The translations under genes were made by a program, and so were the position numbers. The notes under the pieces are model-generated. The model did not search any database. It had not been told where the DNA came from and was given only the letters and a program-made list of their open reading frames with translations. A stretch of DNA of 64,000 bases. Source: a bacterium (lineage in GTDB: Bacteria > UBA8248 > JACPRG01 > G963555815). Of the stretch, positions 47,407 to 57,545 are shown in pieces. Each line of letters begins with the position of its first letter. Position 1 is the first letter of the stretch. The stretch lies in contig CAUVWX020000001.1 of assembly GCA_963555815.3 (NCBI GenBank), forward strand, positions 160,001 to 224,000, read 5' to 3'.

Positions 47407-50091
47407 TCAATTCGCCGCGTGAAGCGCCAAGCGGTGGCGCACGAAGGTGCGCTCGCTGACCTCCCCATGCTCAATGAGGCCGTCCAACAGGGCGTCTCGG
47501 GTGGCCTCCAGCAGTCGGCCAAGGTCGGGCCCCGGTGGGACGCCCATCTCGAGGAGGTCCTCCCCCCGCAGGGACGGACGGACATTCTTGAGCTTCGTTA
47601 GGAAAAAGGAGATCTTCTTCTTCACCGCCTGTGAGGGGGCAAGGGCCAGAGCGAGGAGGACGGACTCGGCCGGGAGGGGGTGAAGGAGCCGGTAGACCTG
47701 ACTGGGGCTCGGGTCTCCCCGCATCAGCCCCGCCAGAATGTCCTGCACAGTCTGCCCGGCCTCAACCGCCCGGACCTGCCGCCGTCCTGTGAGGCTCAGA
47801 CGATTGCAGATCTCCTCCACCTCTTTCTCCTTTAGGTCGCTCAGAAGACCCAGGAAATAGACGAACCAGGCCTCCACCGGCTCTTCGGTGAAAAGGAGGG
47901 CGTGCAGGGCCACGGTGTTTCCCACCTCCCGAAACCTCTCCCTCAGACGGACGTCCGCCTTGAGGCTTGGGTGGATGAACTGAAGGAGCTGGAGCTCTCC
48001 CAGACGGGCCACGTAGCGCCAAGGGTCGGGCTCTGAGAGGATGAGCTGGAACTCTCCGAAGAGCCGCTTCCCCGACAGCCGGTCAAAGAGGTTCTTTTGG
48101 ACGGCCGCCTCCAGGAGGGAGCCGGTCTGAGCCCCAATGGCAAAACCGTAACGCTCGACAAAGCGCACCGCCCGAAAGGCCCGAGTCGGATCCTCCACGA
48201 AGCTCAAGCCCTGGATGACCCGGACCACCTTCTCCTTGATATCCCGCTGGCCGCCAAAAAGATCGATGAGGCGCCAAGCCTGCCGCCCGTTGAGTTGGAT
48301 GGCAAGGGCATTGATGGTGAAGTCCCGCCGGTAGAGGTCGGCCCGGATGCTTCCCCTCTCGACCACGGGCAGGGCCGCGGGTCGCTCATAGTACTCCACT
48401 CGGGCGGTCGCCACGTCCACCCTCTGGCCGTCAGGCAGGGTGACGACAGCCGTCCCATACTGCTTATGGACCTTATGGCGGCCCCCCTCGCGGGCCGCGA
48501 GGCGCTCGGCCAGGGCGATCCCCTCCCCCTCGACGACGAGGTCCAGGTCGAGGTTCCCGATCCCCATCAGGAGGTCTCGGACAAACCCCCCGACCGCGTA
48601 GACGGTAAAACCCAGTGTGTCCACAATCTCACCCACCACCTCCAGAATGCGAAGGGTCTCCTTGGGCAGACGCTCGCGGGCCAGGGAGCGGACGTCCCGG
48701 GTGCGAGGGGTGCGCAGGCCAAGCCCCTCAGCCCCCTCGGGCCGGGCCTCTCCCCCCTCATGGAGGTAGCGCAGAATGTCCCCCCGTGCGATCACCCCTT
48801 CGAGTCTTCCTCCATTCTGGCCCTCGCGGACCATCTTGGAGACCTTGGAGACAATGGGGATAAGCTTTTGACGACCAGCCAGGAGAAGGTCCAGGGCCTT
48901 GCGGGCCGGGGCATCCGGGGGCAGGGTCTCAAACTCCCGGCTCATATACGCTGAGACCGGCTCGCCGCCAAGGTCGTGGAAGATGGCCTTTTCCAGCACC
49001 TGCCGGGTAATGAGGCCAACGACAGCCCCCTCCTCCCCTTCCCCTACGACGGGCAAGGTGTTCAAGTTGTAGCGGGTCATGAGGCGTTCTACCTCCTGGA
49101 TGGAGGCTTGGGCCTGCACGCTTCGAACCGAGGTCACCATGACATCGGCGACGGTGCGGTCCCCCTGCGCCCCGTCATGAAGGAGGCAACCCAGCCGGTC
49201 CCGGGCCTGGATGAGGGTCATGTTCTTGATGGAGGCCGAGGCGGCCGAGGCATGGCCTCCCCCGCCGAGGGCAGTGGCGATGGCCCCAGCGTTGACCTCA
49301 GGCACCCGGCTTCTGGCCACCAGCTGAACCTTGTCACCCATCTGGACCAGAAAGAAAAGGGCAAGGGGGTGCTGCGAAGCTCGAAACTCATGGGCCACCA
49401 GGGCCAGACCGTTCACGTAATGGTCCCGGGAGGCCGTGGCCACGACAATCGGGATGCCGGAAATCTGGACCTCTTCAGCTGATTCCAGAAGGTCGTTGAG
49501 GAGGGAGACCTGCTCGGGGTTGAGCTTCCGCCGAAGGTGCTCGTCCACCACCGCCAGGTCGGCCCCCGACGCCAGGAGGTAGGCCGCGGCTTTGAGATCG
49601 GCGGGGGTGGTGTTAACGGAGGTGAGCGCCCCGGTGTCCTCGTAGATCCCAAGGGCGAGCGTCGTCGCCTCCTGGGGCGAGAGGGCGATCTCCCGCTCCT
49701 GGAGGATCTCCACCAGGATTGTGGTCGTGGCCCCAACGGGCCGGACCACCGCAAAATGGGCGGAGATGTCCCCGACGGCGTCCGGGTGATGGTCGTAGAG
49801 ATGGACTTCCAGCTCGGGGAGATCGAGAAGGGACCCCAAGGGGCCCAGCCGGGCCCTGGATTGGGTGTCCACGACGATGAGCCGCCTGAGGTTTCGGCCA
49901 TCCACCTGTTTCACCCGAAGGAGGGGGAACGAAAACTTCACCGACTGGAGATAAGCCCGCACTGCCCCCTCCTGGGAGCCGGGGAAGGCAAGAGAAGCCT
50001 CTGGATAGAGTTTTTGGGCTGCAACCATCGCCGCGAGGCAGTCAAAGTCGGCACCAAGGTGGGCGGTGATGAGGTCCTTGGGGTTTTCCAA
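47407..50091 (-). CDS. tRNA nucleotidyltransferase with DHH and CBS domains (A-adding type)
   Basis: DFD/DHH/EDTG, GGGGH, CBS pair, VGGFVRD, DLDL, RRDFTINA, EDPTR. Confidence 0.9.
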   Translation of the reverse strand: MENPKDLITAHLGADFDCLAAMVAAQKLYPEASLAFPGSQEGAVRAYLQSVKFSFPLLRVKQVDGRNLRRLIVVDTQSRARLGPLGSLLDLPELEVHLYDHHPDAVGDISAHFAVVRPVGATTTILVEILQEREIALSPQEATTLALGIYEDTGALTSVNTTPADLKAAAYLLASGADLAVVDEHLRRKLNPEQVSLLNDLLESAEEVQISGIPIVVATASRDHYVNGLALVAHEFRASQHPLALFFLVQMGDKVQLVARSRVPEVNAGAIATALGGGGHASAASASIKNMTLIQARDRLGCLLHDGAQGDRTVADVMVTSVRSVQAQASIQEVERLMTRYNLNTLPVVGEGEEGAVVGLITRQVLEKAIFHDLGGEPVSAYMSREFETLPPDAPARKALDLLLAGRQKLIPIVSKVSKMVREGQNGGRLEGVIARGDILRYLHEGGEARPEGAEGLGLRTPRTRDVRSLARERLPKETLRILEVVGEIVDTLGFTVYAVGGFVRDLLMGIGNLDLDLVVEGEGIALAERLAAREGGRHKVHKQYGTAVVTLPDGQRVDVATARVEYYERPAALPVVERGSIRADLYRRDFTINALAIQLNGRQAWRLIDLFGGQRDIKEKVVRVIQGLSFVEDPTRAFRAVRFVERYGFAIGAQTGSLLEAAVQKNLFDRLSGKRLFGEFQLILSEPDPWRYVARLGELQLLQFIHPSLKADVRLRERFREVGNTVALHALLFTEEPVEAWFVYFLGLLSDLKEKEVEEICNRLSLTGRRQVRAVEAGQTVQDILAGLMRGDPSPSQVYRLLHPLPAESVLLALALAPSQAVKKKISFFLTKLKNVRPSLRGEDLLEMGVPPGPDLGRLLEATRDALLDGLIEHGEVSERTFVRHRLALHAAN

Positions 50092-50311
50092 AAAGAAGGC
50101 CCCCTGGGTCGAAAATCGTCAGCCGAAGGACTCTTGAAATTAATATAGACATCTCTCTTACCTTATCAAGCCCTTGATCTTCCGTCAATTCCGGCACGGT
50201 GGGGCCCTGTCTGACCCAATTTTTGAGGTTGCAAGAGCGACACCCGGTTGTTAGATTTAAAGGATGAGAGAGGTGTTTCTTCCCTAATCCCTTTTCACTG
50301 GGGAGGGCAGC

Positions 50312-51622
50312 ATGATGACGACTTTCTGGAGAATCGTTGGGGCTCTCGCGGTCTTTCTAGCCGTGTCCCTCCCCCTCTCGGTCTCAGCCCAAGAAGCTTC
50401 ACCGGGATCTGTCCTGGTCCTTAAAGTGGATGGAGTCATCAACCCGGCGTCGGCCGAGTATATCGTCAAGGGGATCGAGGAGGCCGAGCGCCAGGAAGCC
50501 AGCCTCATTGTCCTGCGTTTGGACACGCCCGGTGGTCTAGACACCTCGATGCGGATCATCATCAAGGAGATGATCGGCTCTTCCGTCCCCATCGCCGTCT
50601 ATGTCTCGCCGAGCGGATCTCGGGCCGCCTCAGCCGGAACATTTATCACCATCGCCGCCCACGTTGCCGCTATGGCCCCGGGGACGAATATCGGGGCGGC
50701 TCATCCCGTCTCCATCGGGGGGCAGCAGATGGACTCCGAAACCGTCAAGAAGGTGGAGAATGACGCCGCGGCCTATATCCGCTCCCTTGCGGACCAGCGA
50801 GGTCGAAACGCCGACTGGGCCGAGGACGCGGTCCGCAACAGCGTCTCCATCTCCGATTCCGTCGCCCTCGACAAACAGGTGATCGACCTCGTCGCCGCGG
50901 ACCTCCCCGCACTGCTCCTCGCAGTGGACGGGCTAAGGGTTGAGACAGAGGCAGGCGAGCGCGTCATTCAGACCAGGGGGGCGGAAGTGGTGCAGTACCA
51001 GATGGGCTATCGCCAACAAGTCCTCAACATCCTCTCCAATCCCAACATCTCCTATATGCTCCTTCTCCTTGGCATGTACGGTATCTTCTTTGAGCTCGCA
51101 AACCCCGGGGCCATCTTCCCGGGAGTGGCCGGAGGCATCTCCATCCTTCTGGGCTTGTATGCCCTCCAAGTCCTCCCCGTCAATTACGCGGGCCTCGGCC
51201 TTATCCTGCTGGGCATCATCATGTTCCTTCTAGAGATCAAGGTGACCAGCTTCGGGGCCCTGAGTATCGGAGGAGCCATTTCCATGATCCTGGGGTCCGT
51301 TCTGCTCTTTGATTCGTCTGCGCCTTATCTTCGGATCTCGCTCCTCGTGATTATCCCGGCTGTCCTCACCACAGCCGCCTTCTTCCTCTTCCTGGTCGGC
51401 CTGGGTCTGAAGGCCCAGAGGAAGCGTTCCGTATCGGGCGTGGAGGGTCTCATCGACATGATCGGGATGGCTCGAGGTCCCATCAATTCGTCGGGGAAGG
51501 TCTTTATGCATGGCGAGCTCTGGGACGCCCACTCCAAAGAGCATATCGTGGAAGGTGAGCAGGTGCGCGTTGTGGGGGTCGAGGGCCTCAAACTAGAGGT
51601 GGTGAAGGAGGGTAGCCCATGA
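50312..51622 (+). CDS. NfeD family membrane protease, long form
   Basis: [22 protein letters not shown] domain, C-terminal GELWDA OB fold. Confidence 0.93.
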   Translation: MMTTFWRIVGALAVFLAVSLPLSVSAQEASPGSVLVLKVDGVINPASAEYIVKGIEEAERQEASLIVLRLDTPGGLDTSMRIIIKEMIGSSVPIAVYVSPSGSRAASAGTFITIAAHVAAMAPGTNIGAAHPVSIGGQQMDSETVKKVENDAAAYIRSLADQRGRNADWAEDAVRNSVSISDSVALDKQVIDLVAADLPALLLAVDGLRVETEAGERVIQTRGAEVVQYQMGYRQQVLNILSNPNISYMLLLLGMYGIFFELANPGAIFPGVAGGISILLGLYALQVLPVNYAGLGLILLGIIMFLLEIKVTSFGALSIGGAISMILGSVLLFDSSAPYLRISLLVIIPAVLTTAAFFLFLVGLGLKAQRKRSVSGVEGLIDMIGMARGPINSSGKVFMHGELWDAHSKEHIVEGEQVRVVGVEGLKLEVVKEGSP

Positions 51623-52392
51623 TCGGTGTTATCTCCGTCTTAGTTATCCTCGGGATCATCCTCCTTGCCTCCATTATCCGGATCCTGCGCGAGTATGAGC
51701 GGGGCGTCATCTTCCGGCTTGGGAGGTTTCTAAAGGTCAAAGGGCCGGGGCTCATCATCCTCCTCCCCCTCATTGACCGTATGGTCCGAACGAGCCTCCG
51801 CCTCCTCACGTTGGATATCCCCGCCCAGGACATCATCACCCGGGACAACGTTACCGTTAAGGTGAACGCCGTTCTCTACTTCCGGGTGATAGACCCCCAG
51901 AAGGCGATCATCGTCGTCGAAGACTTCCTCTTCGCCACCTCCCAGTTGGCCCAGACCACCCTTCGCAGTGTGCTGGGCGAATCCGAACTGGACGACCTGC
52001 TGGCCAGTCGAGAGAAGATCAACCTGCGCCTTCAAGAGACCCTGGACGCCGACACGGACCCCTGGGGGATCAAGGTGGCCAAGGTCGAGGTGAAGCACGT
52101 GGACCTGCCTCAGACGATGCAGCGGGCCATCGCCAAGCAGGCCGAGGCCGAGCGGGAGCGCAGGGCCAAGATCATCCACGCGGAGGGGGAATTCCAGGCC
52201 TCAGCCAAACTTGCGGAGGCGGCGTCCATCATCGGGAAAGAGCCCGCTGCCCTTCAGCTCCGCTTCCTGCAGACCCTGACAGAGGTCGCCACGGAGAATA
52301 ACTCGACCGTGATCTTCCCCGTCCCGCTGGACCTCTTTACACCCTTTCTTAAGAAGAATGAGCCAAAGGTGTCCGGAAGTTCAGGGGATTAG
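51619..52392 (+). CDS. SPFH/stomatin (slipin) family protein
   Basis: [38 protein letters not shown]; canonical partner of NfeD. Confidence 0.94.
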   Translation: MIGVISVLVILGIILLASIIRILREYERGVIFRLGRFLKVKGPGLIILLPLIDRMVRTSLRLLTLDIPAQDIITRDNVTVKVNAVLYFRVIDPQKAIIVVEDFLFATSQLAQTTLRSVLGESELDDLLASREKINLRLQETLDADTDPWGIKVAKVEVKHVDLPQTMQRAIAKQAEAERERRAKIIHAEGEFQASAKLAEAASIIGKEPAALQLRFLQTLTEVATENNSTVIFPVPLDLFTPFLKKNEPKVSGSSGD

Positions 52393-52423
52393 ACCCCTTT
52401 AGGGGAAACGAAACCCCGTCCTT

Positions 52424-53407
52424 GTGAGTCTTTCAGCAGCACGAAGGTCGTCCGAAGCCAAACAGGTTGCCCCTCGGGAACAGGTCTACGAGTTTGTAAC
52501 CCAGGGACAAGACGCAGGGCAAAGGATTGACCTCTTTCTTGCAAGCCACCCCCAATCTCCAGGTTGGTCTCGCGCCACTGTCCAGCGCCTTATCAAAAAC
52601 GGCCTTGTCCATCTGAACGGGCGGCAGGTCAAAACAAGGACGGCGCTCCGCCCCGGGGATCGGATTGTGGCCCGCGTCCCAGCCCCCCGCCCCATCCTCC
52701 CCCTTCCTGAAGCCATCCCCCTCGACATCGCCTACGAAGATTCCCACCTCGTCGTCCTCAACAAGCCCCCCGGCCTGGTCGTCCATCCGGCGGCGGGCCA
52801 CGCGAGCGGGACGCTTGTCAACGCCCTCCTGCATCATTGCCGGGATCTGGCGGGGATAGGGGGGGCCCTTCGACCGGGGATCGTGCATCGTCTGGACAAA
52901 GACACCTCGGGCCTCATGGTGGCGGCCAAGACGGACGCCTCGCACCAGGGCCTGCAAAAAGCCCTGAAGGCAAGGAAGATCAAACGAACCTACCTGGCCA
53001 TCGCACGGGGCGCCTTTCCGAAGACAGAGGGACGCATCGAAGGCCCCATCGGAAGAAATCCCAGGCACCGGAAGAAGATGGCCGTCACCCCCTCGGGGCG
53101 GCCCGCGGCGACTCTTTACCGGGTGATAGAGCGGTTTCAGGGTTACAGCCTGGTGGAGCTCAGGCTGGAGACGGGAAGGACGCACCAGATCCGGGTCCAC
53201 CTGGCCCACATGAGTTGGCCCATCGTGGGAGATGCCCGGTACGGCTCTCCAAAAAAGACCGATCCCCCCATCGGGCGTCAGGCCCTTCACGCCTGCCGCC
53301 TCAGCTTTTCCCACCCCATAACGGGCCAAAACCTTTCCTTGGAGGCCCCTCTTCCTGAAGACATGCAAAAGATTCTGGAGTTCCTGAGGAAGGGGAAAGC
53401 GACATGA
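52424..53407 (+). CDS. rluD: RluA/RluD family pseudouridine synthase
   Basis: S4 domain, NKPPGLVVHP, HRLDKDTSG, TGRTHQIRVH, QALHA. Confidence 0.9.
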   Translation: MSLSAARRSSEAKQVAPREQVYEFVTQGQDAGQRIDLFLASHPQSPGWSRATVQRLIKNGLVHLNGRQVKTRTALRPGDRIVARVPAPRPILPLPEAIPLDIAYEDSHLVVLNKPPGLVVHPAAGHASGTLVNALLHHCRDLAGIGGALRPGIVHRLDKDTSGLMVAAKTDASHQGLQKALKARKIKRTYLAIARGAFPKTEGRIEGPIGRNPRHRKKMAVTPSGRPAATLYRVIERFQGYSLVELRLETGRTHQIRVHLAHMSWPIVGDARYGSPKKTDPPIGRQALHACRLSFSHPITGQNLSLEAPLPEDMQKILEFLRKGKAT

Positions 53408-53460
53408 GGGGTGCTCCCCGTCACCCATCGTCGGGACGAAGGGGGCCATTCGCACAAAAG

Positions 53461-53811
53461 TTATAGATTTCTGCGGGAGCGTCCTCGCTGCGGGCGGCTT
53501 CGCCTCTTTGGCCCCGGAGGACGCTGGCGGGTCTTTCGCTTGGCCTCCTCGGGTGGCCTGGCCCCCATCTCAACCTCTACCTTTCGGCGGATGGCGGCGT
53601 ACCTCAACGGCCCAATGACCGGAGAGATTCGGGTGAGGAGGCGTTCCGTCTCCTCAATCCCGCCCCGGTCTTCAAGCGGCAGAAAGAGGGTAAGAGCCCG
53701 CGTGAGGATCTCGGCGGCCGCGAGGAGGTCTTCTCTGTCCATGACCTCCTGACCGAAGGCCAGCAGCTCGCGGGCTTTTTTGAGAAGGTCTTCTTCAGCA
53801 GACGTAGCCAT
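53461..53811 (-). CDS. Hypothetical helical (TPR-like) protein with basic tail
   Basis: Fills the gap between rluD and gcvT; amphipathic helices; no recognised family. Confidence 0.55.
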   Translation of the reverse strand: MATSAEEDLLKKARELLAFGQEVMDREDLLAAAEILTRALTLFLPLEDRGGIEETERLLTRISPVIGPLRYAAIRRKVEVEMGARPPEEAKRKTRQRPPGPKRRSRPQRGRSRRNL

Positions 53812-54014
53812 ACAGGAACTTCCTCATGGAATTTTTAAAGGCCTCGGCACGGAATCTCTCTACCCACCATTTTGCCGGAACCTCCTGAGAGGAGATAGCC
53901 CTTTTCCAAAAAACTCCAAATCCCTGGCTCATCTGGATCATATTTGAGATTGATGAGAGGATATCCTGATTTCATTCTGAGCGCAGTTGGCAAAACCCAT
54001 AAAGGAGCGGTGTT

Positions 54015-55265
54015 CTGAAGAAGACTGTCTTCCTCGACTGGCACAAAAAGGCCGGGGCCAAGGTGGTTGAATTTGGCGGGTGGGAGATGCCCCTCCAATA
54101 CGCCCCGGGGATCCTGTCGGAGCACCTGACAACGAGAAAGTGGGCGGGCATTTTTGATATCTCCCACATGGGGAGGTTCAGGATTCGGGGCCGGGACGCC
54201 CTCCCCTTTCTCCAGCATGTCCTCACGAACGACGCCGCTTCCCTCGAGCCAAACCGGGCTCAATACACCATGATCCCCAACGAAGATGGGGGGGCCATCG
54301 ACGACGTTTACCTGTATCGGTTCGGAGAGGAGGATTTCCGGCTGGTTGTCAACGCCGCCAACACAGAGAAGGATCTCCAGTGGCTGAGCGCCAGGAAGGG
54401 CGGATTTCGGGAGGTCGTCTTGGAGGATGAGACCGATCCAATCGCGATGTTTTCGTTTCAGGGCCCAAAATCCCGCCAGATCCTGGAAAGCGTCCTCAAT
54501 CGTGCCAAAGGGCGCCTTCCCGCTCAAAAGCGAAATCACTTTGAGACCCTGGAGATCGACGGTTCCCCTGTCACCGTCTCCTGTACAGGCTATACGGGCG
54601 AACCGATCGGCTTTGAGATCTTTAGTCCGTCGGCCTCTGCCGTCTCCCTCTGGCAAGAGATCCTGGAACGCGGTGAGCCTGAGGGGCTTTTACCGATAGG
54701 CCTTGGGGCGAGGGATACCCTGCGCTTGGAGGCCGGGTTTCCCCTCTACGGCCACGAATTGGGCCTGGACCCCCTAGGAAAAGTCATCCCCCTCTTTGCA
54801 CTCGCCCTCGCCCGGTTTGCCATCAGCTTTTCCCCTGATAAAGGGGACTTTGTGGGGCGAGACATCCTCGAGAGACAGCACCGTGAAACCGCTTTATGGC
54901 GCAAAGGCGAACTCTCGCTTCCACTCGAGGAGCGAGTCGTCCCGAAAAGAATTTTCCCGGTTGCCGTCACAGGGCGGGGTGTCGCCAGGCAGGGATACGA
55001 AATTTATCAGGGCGATACACTAAAAGGCCATGTCACCAGCGGGACCGTCGTCCCCTACTGGATATTTCAAGGAGATGTATCTACCTCCACTCCGGGGGAA
55101 GAAAAGGGGAAGCGGGCCATCGCTCTGGCTTACCTGGACAGCGACGTATCAGAGGGTCAGCCCTTGGTGGTCACCGATGGGCGGAGATCATTTGAGGGGG
55201 TGGTGGCAAAGGCCCCTCTCAAAACGAACGCTCCCCCCTATGCCAGACCCGTTCTCTACTCTTAA
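54015..55265 (+). CDS. gcvT: Glycine cleavage system aminomethyltransferase T; probable CTG start
   Basis: EFGGWEMP, FDISHMG, TGYTGE, GLGARDTLRLEAG; conserved LKKT...WH N-terminus lies upstream of the annotated GTG 54063. Confidence 0.94.
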   Translation: MKKTVFLDWHKKAGAKVVEFGGWEMPLQYAPGILSEHLTTRKWAGIFDISHMGRFRIRGRDALPFLQHVLTNDAASLEPNRAQYTMIPNEDGGAIDDVYLYRFGEEDFRLVVNAANTEKDLQWLSARKGGFREVVLEDETDPIAMFSFQGPKSRQILESVLNRAKGRLPAQKRNHFETLEIDGSPVTVSCTGYTGEPIGFEIFSPSASAVSLWQEILERGEPEGLLPIGLGARDTLRLEAGFPLYGHELGLDPLGKVIPLFALALARFAISFSPDKGDFVGRDILERQHRETALWRKGELSLPLEERVVPKRIFPVAVTGRGVARQGYEIYQGDTLKGHVTSGTVVPYWIFQGDVSTSTPGEEKGKRAIALAYLDSDVSEGQPLVVTDGRRSFEGVVAKAPLKTNAPPYARPVLYS

Positions 55266-55280
55266 AAAGGCCTCTCTTGA

Positions 55281-56963
55281 TCACTGCAAGGGGTTTCGAT
55301 GGCGAACAGGCGGGCGGGCCTCCCCCGACCTGAAGTCGGGGGAAACCCCGAAGGGGTGGGCGTGGTCCGGGCTCTTTTTGGGGCCGCTGAACGAGGCCCC
55401 CGAGACCTCGTCCGGATCGACAATCCGGATCTGGCCGCCTTGACGGTGCTCATACTTCATGGCCGAGAGCTGGCCCACGAGGAGTTCCAGGTCCTTCCGA
55501 GGGAGTCCTTCTTCTGAAAGGGAGATCTCCCCCTCCTCAAAAGCCTTGCGAAGCCCCCAGAAGAGATCGGCCTTGAGGTTCGCGTAATACTCGGGCTCCG
55601 AGGAGGAGGCGCCAAGAAGGATGGGGAGGACCGAGACCCCCGCCTCTCGAAGGATGTCCGTCACGCCCCCTCCGACCCCGGTGTCATCCACGGCCACCAC
55701 GTCGGCCTTCCACTCCCGGGCGAGCCTCTTAGCCTCCCCCGCGGTCTGGGTCAGGCTCTGCCTCCTTCGCTGGCGGACGTGAAGGAGTTTTGCGCCTTCG
55801 ATGAGGGAGAAGACGGTGAGGTTTTTTCCGTAACGGGCCACGTCGACCCCAAGCGCCCTTCTTTTTCCTTCGTAGGCCTTGCCAGGGCCGATCTGGGCCG
55901 CCTCGATCCAGGAGAGGGGGATGAGGGTGTCCTCCCCCTCGTCCGGGAATTCGCCGAGGACCCGGGCCTGATAGATGGACGAGTCCTCGCCCCATTCGGC
56001 CTTCCGGGTCCTGACCCACGCCCTGGAGATCCGGGGGCAGATGGGCGTATTCGAGGGAATGGCCTTCCCGTTTTCCCACCGCCCAAGGCACGGGATATGA
56101 AAGGTCTTCCAAGTGGACCGGAGCTTTGTAAAAACTTTATAAAAATAGCCGTGGCGGGAGCCCGGCGTGCTGAGAAGGAGAAGCTTTGCCTCCTCGGTCA
56201 GGGCCCCCTGGATGGCGTCGAAGATCCCGTCCGAGACCCCCTTCGCCTCATCGATGATGTAGAGGAGATAAGGGGCGTGAAAGCCTTCCAGATTCTCGGG
56301 CCGGCCGGCCGAGATGCCGGCTGAAAACCACTCCTCCTCATAATCCCTCACCGCCATGCGGGTCTGGGAGAGGGTGAAAGAACCCTCAAGGGCGGAGCCC
56401 CGGACCCACCGGTGGATCTCGGCCCAAAAAACGTCCCGGACCTGTTTTTCGAAGGTCGGGGCCGTCGTGGGAACCTTTGACATGGGCCGGATCGCGAGGA
56501 ACCAGAGGTCGGCCCAGGCCCCCGTCGCCGTCTTCCCCGGTCCGTGGCCGCTTCGCACCGCCACGGCAGGATATTCGGCGATGGCCTCCAGGATGTCCGC
56601 CTGATAGGGCTCCGGCTTCGCCTTTAGAAAATCCTCAACGAAAGCAACGGGGTGATCGAAGTAGTGGGTGAACCCCTGAACCGCTTGATCGAGAAGAGCG
56701 GCGGTCTCGTTCGCTTCGGTTGAACTCTTGGCGAGTTCAAGATTCTTTTGAGCGTTCGTGGACGTTTTTGTCTGATGGGTCTTCTTTTCTGAGCTCTGCG
56801 GCGTGGATGGCGATCTGGGCGAGGTCCGAGATGGCCTCGGCCCCGATTTTTTCTTTTCCGGCCCACTTTTCGGCCAGGAAGATGAGATAGCGTGCTCGCT
56901 CCTTTTCCGGGATGTCATCGGCTCCTGCCCGCTCGGCGATCTCGAGAAAGGCCCAGGGGCCAT
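55281..56963 (-). CDS. Phage terminase large subunit; start uncertain
   Basis: PEPYQ adenine-binding motif, VAVRSGHGPGKT Walker A, YIIDEA Walker B, STP, RNase H-like LGVDVARYG / VDDTGVGGGVTD / KSPD. Confidence 0.9.
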   Translation of the reverse strand: MAPGPFSRSPSGQEPMTSRKRSEHAISSSWPKSGPEKKKSGPRPSRTSPRSPSTPQSSEKKTHQTKTSTNAQKNLELAKSSTEANETAALLDQAVQGFTHYFDHPVAFVEDFLKAKPEPYQADILEAIAEYPAVAVRSGHGPGKTATGAWADLWFLAIRPMSKVPTTAPTFEKQVRDVFWAEIHRWVRGSALEGSFTLSQTRMAVRDYEEEWFSAGISAGRPENLEGFHAPYLLYIIDEAKGVSDGIFDAIQGALTEEAKLLLLSTPGSRHGYFYKVFTKLRSTWKTFHIPCLGRWENGKAIPSNTPICPRISRAWVRTRKAEWGEDSSIYQARVLGEFPDEGEDTLIPLSWIEAAQIGPGKAYEGKRRALGVDVARYGKNLTVFSLIEGAKLLHVRQRRRQSLTQTAGEAKRLAREWKADVVAVDDTGVGGGVTDILREAGVSVLPILLGASSSEPEYYANLKADLFWGLRKAFEEGEISLSEEGLPRKDLELLVGQLSAMKYEHRQGGQIRIVDPDEVSGASFSGPKKSPDHAHPFGVSPDFRSGEARPPVRHRNPLQ

Positions 56964-57111
56964 GGCCTTCGAGGAGTTTTTGGCTTTCAGAATTCGCTTT
57001 CGACATAGGTATTATGCGTTTTTTGACCGTGCGGGTCTTTGGTGCCGCCCGCACCCTCTTCTTTCCAGTGCTCACTCTTGCCAACGAAAGATCTCCCGGA
57101 GGCTTTTTCAA
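56737..57111 (-). CDS. Hypothetical protein, terminase small subunit position
   Basis: Immediately upstream of and overlapping terL; helical, basic N-terminus; role inferred from position only. Confidence 0.45.
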   Translation of the reverse strand: MKKPPGDLSLARVSTGKKRVRAAPKTRTVKKRIIPMSKANSESQKLLEGHGPWAFLEIAERAGADDIPEKERARYLIFLAEKWAGKEKIGAEAISDLAQIAIHAAELRKEDPSDKNVHERSKES

Positions 57112-57217
57112 TCTCTTCGGCCTGTTGCTATGAATTCGGGGATGACAGGAGGCACAGAGGGTTTAAAATCAGGGGGTCAGTTTTCTCCGTTCAACGTTTT
57201 CCAAGAGGAGAGAAGAT

Positions 57218-57457
57218 ATGGATTCCCTGACGAAGACCGCCCTCTGGCTCATCGCCCTCGCCCTCTGGGGTTTGTTGCTGAGACCCCTTGTTCTCCCCAC
57301 GCCCCTTGGGGCCCAGGGGATGATGGACGTCAACATCGCCGCTATCAGCGGCAGCTCCATTTTGACGAACTCGCTCGACGTCAACATCAGAGAAGTGAGC
57401 GGCAACCGCATTGGGGGCTCGATCCCCGTGACCCAGCTCCCTGTGACCCAGGAATGA
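57218..57457 (+). CDS. Small exported/membrane protein, antisense within the phage module
   Basis: GAGGAG RBS, signal-like hydrophobic N-terminus, repeated DVNIxxxSG motif. Confidence 0.7.
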   Translation: MDSLTKTALWLIALALWGLLLRPLVLPTPLGAQGMMDVNIAAISGSSILTNSLDVNIREVSGNRIGGSIPVTQLPVTQE

Positions 57458-57545
57458 AAAGATTCTCAGCGGTCTTTAAAGAGGCAGATAACCAGAGGGT
57501 ATAGGAGCCCGGCATCCGCCTGTGTTTCAGCGGTCTGGAATTTTT

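Noticed and set aside
52433..53455. 340-aa ORF antisense to rluD (likewise 36343-37695, 12956-13957, 41899-43056, 62587-63483 and many others)
   Set aside because: Shadow ORFs opposite or overlapping well-supported genes, expected in high-GC DNA; no recognisable motifs
53812..54014. Glycine riboswitch expected upstream of gcvT (and of the AGCS symporter at 894-997)
   Set aside because: No GGAGA...CCGAAG...CTCAGG aptamer pattern seen; only a simple AGATGCAC/GTGCATCT hairpin at 925-970. An Rfam scan would settle it.
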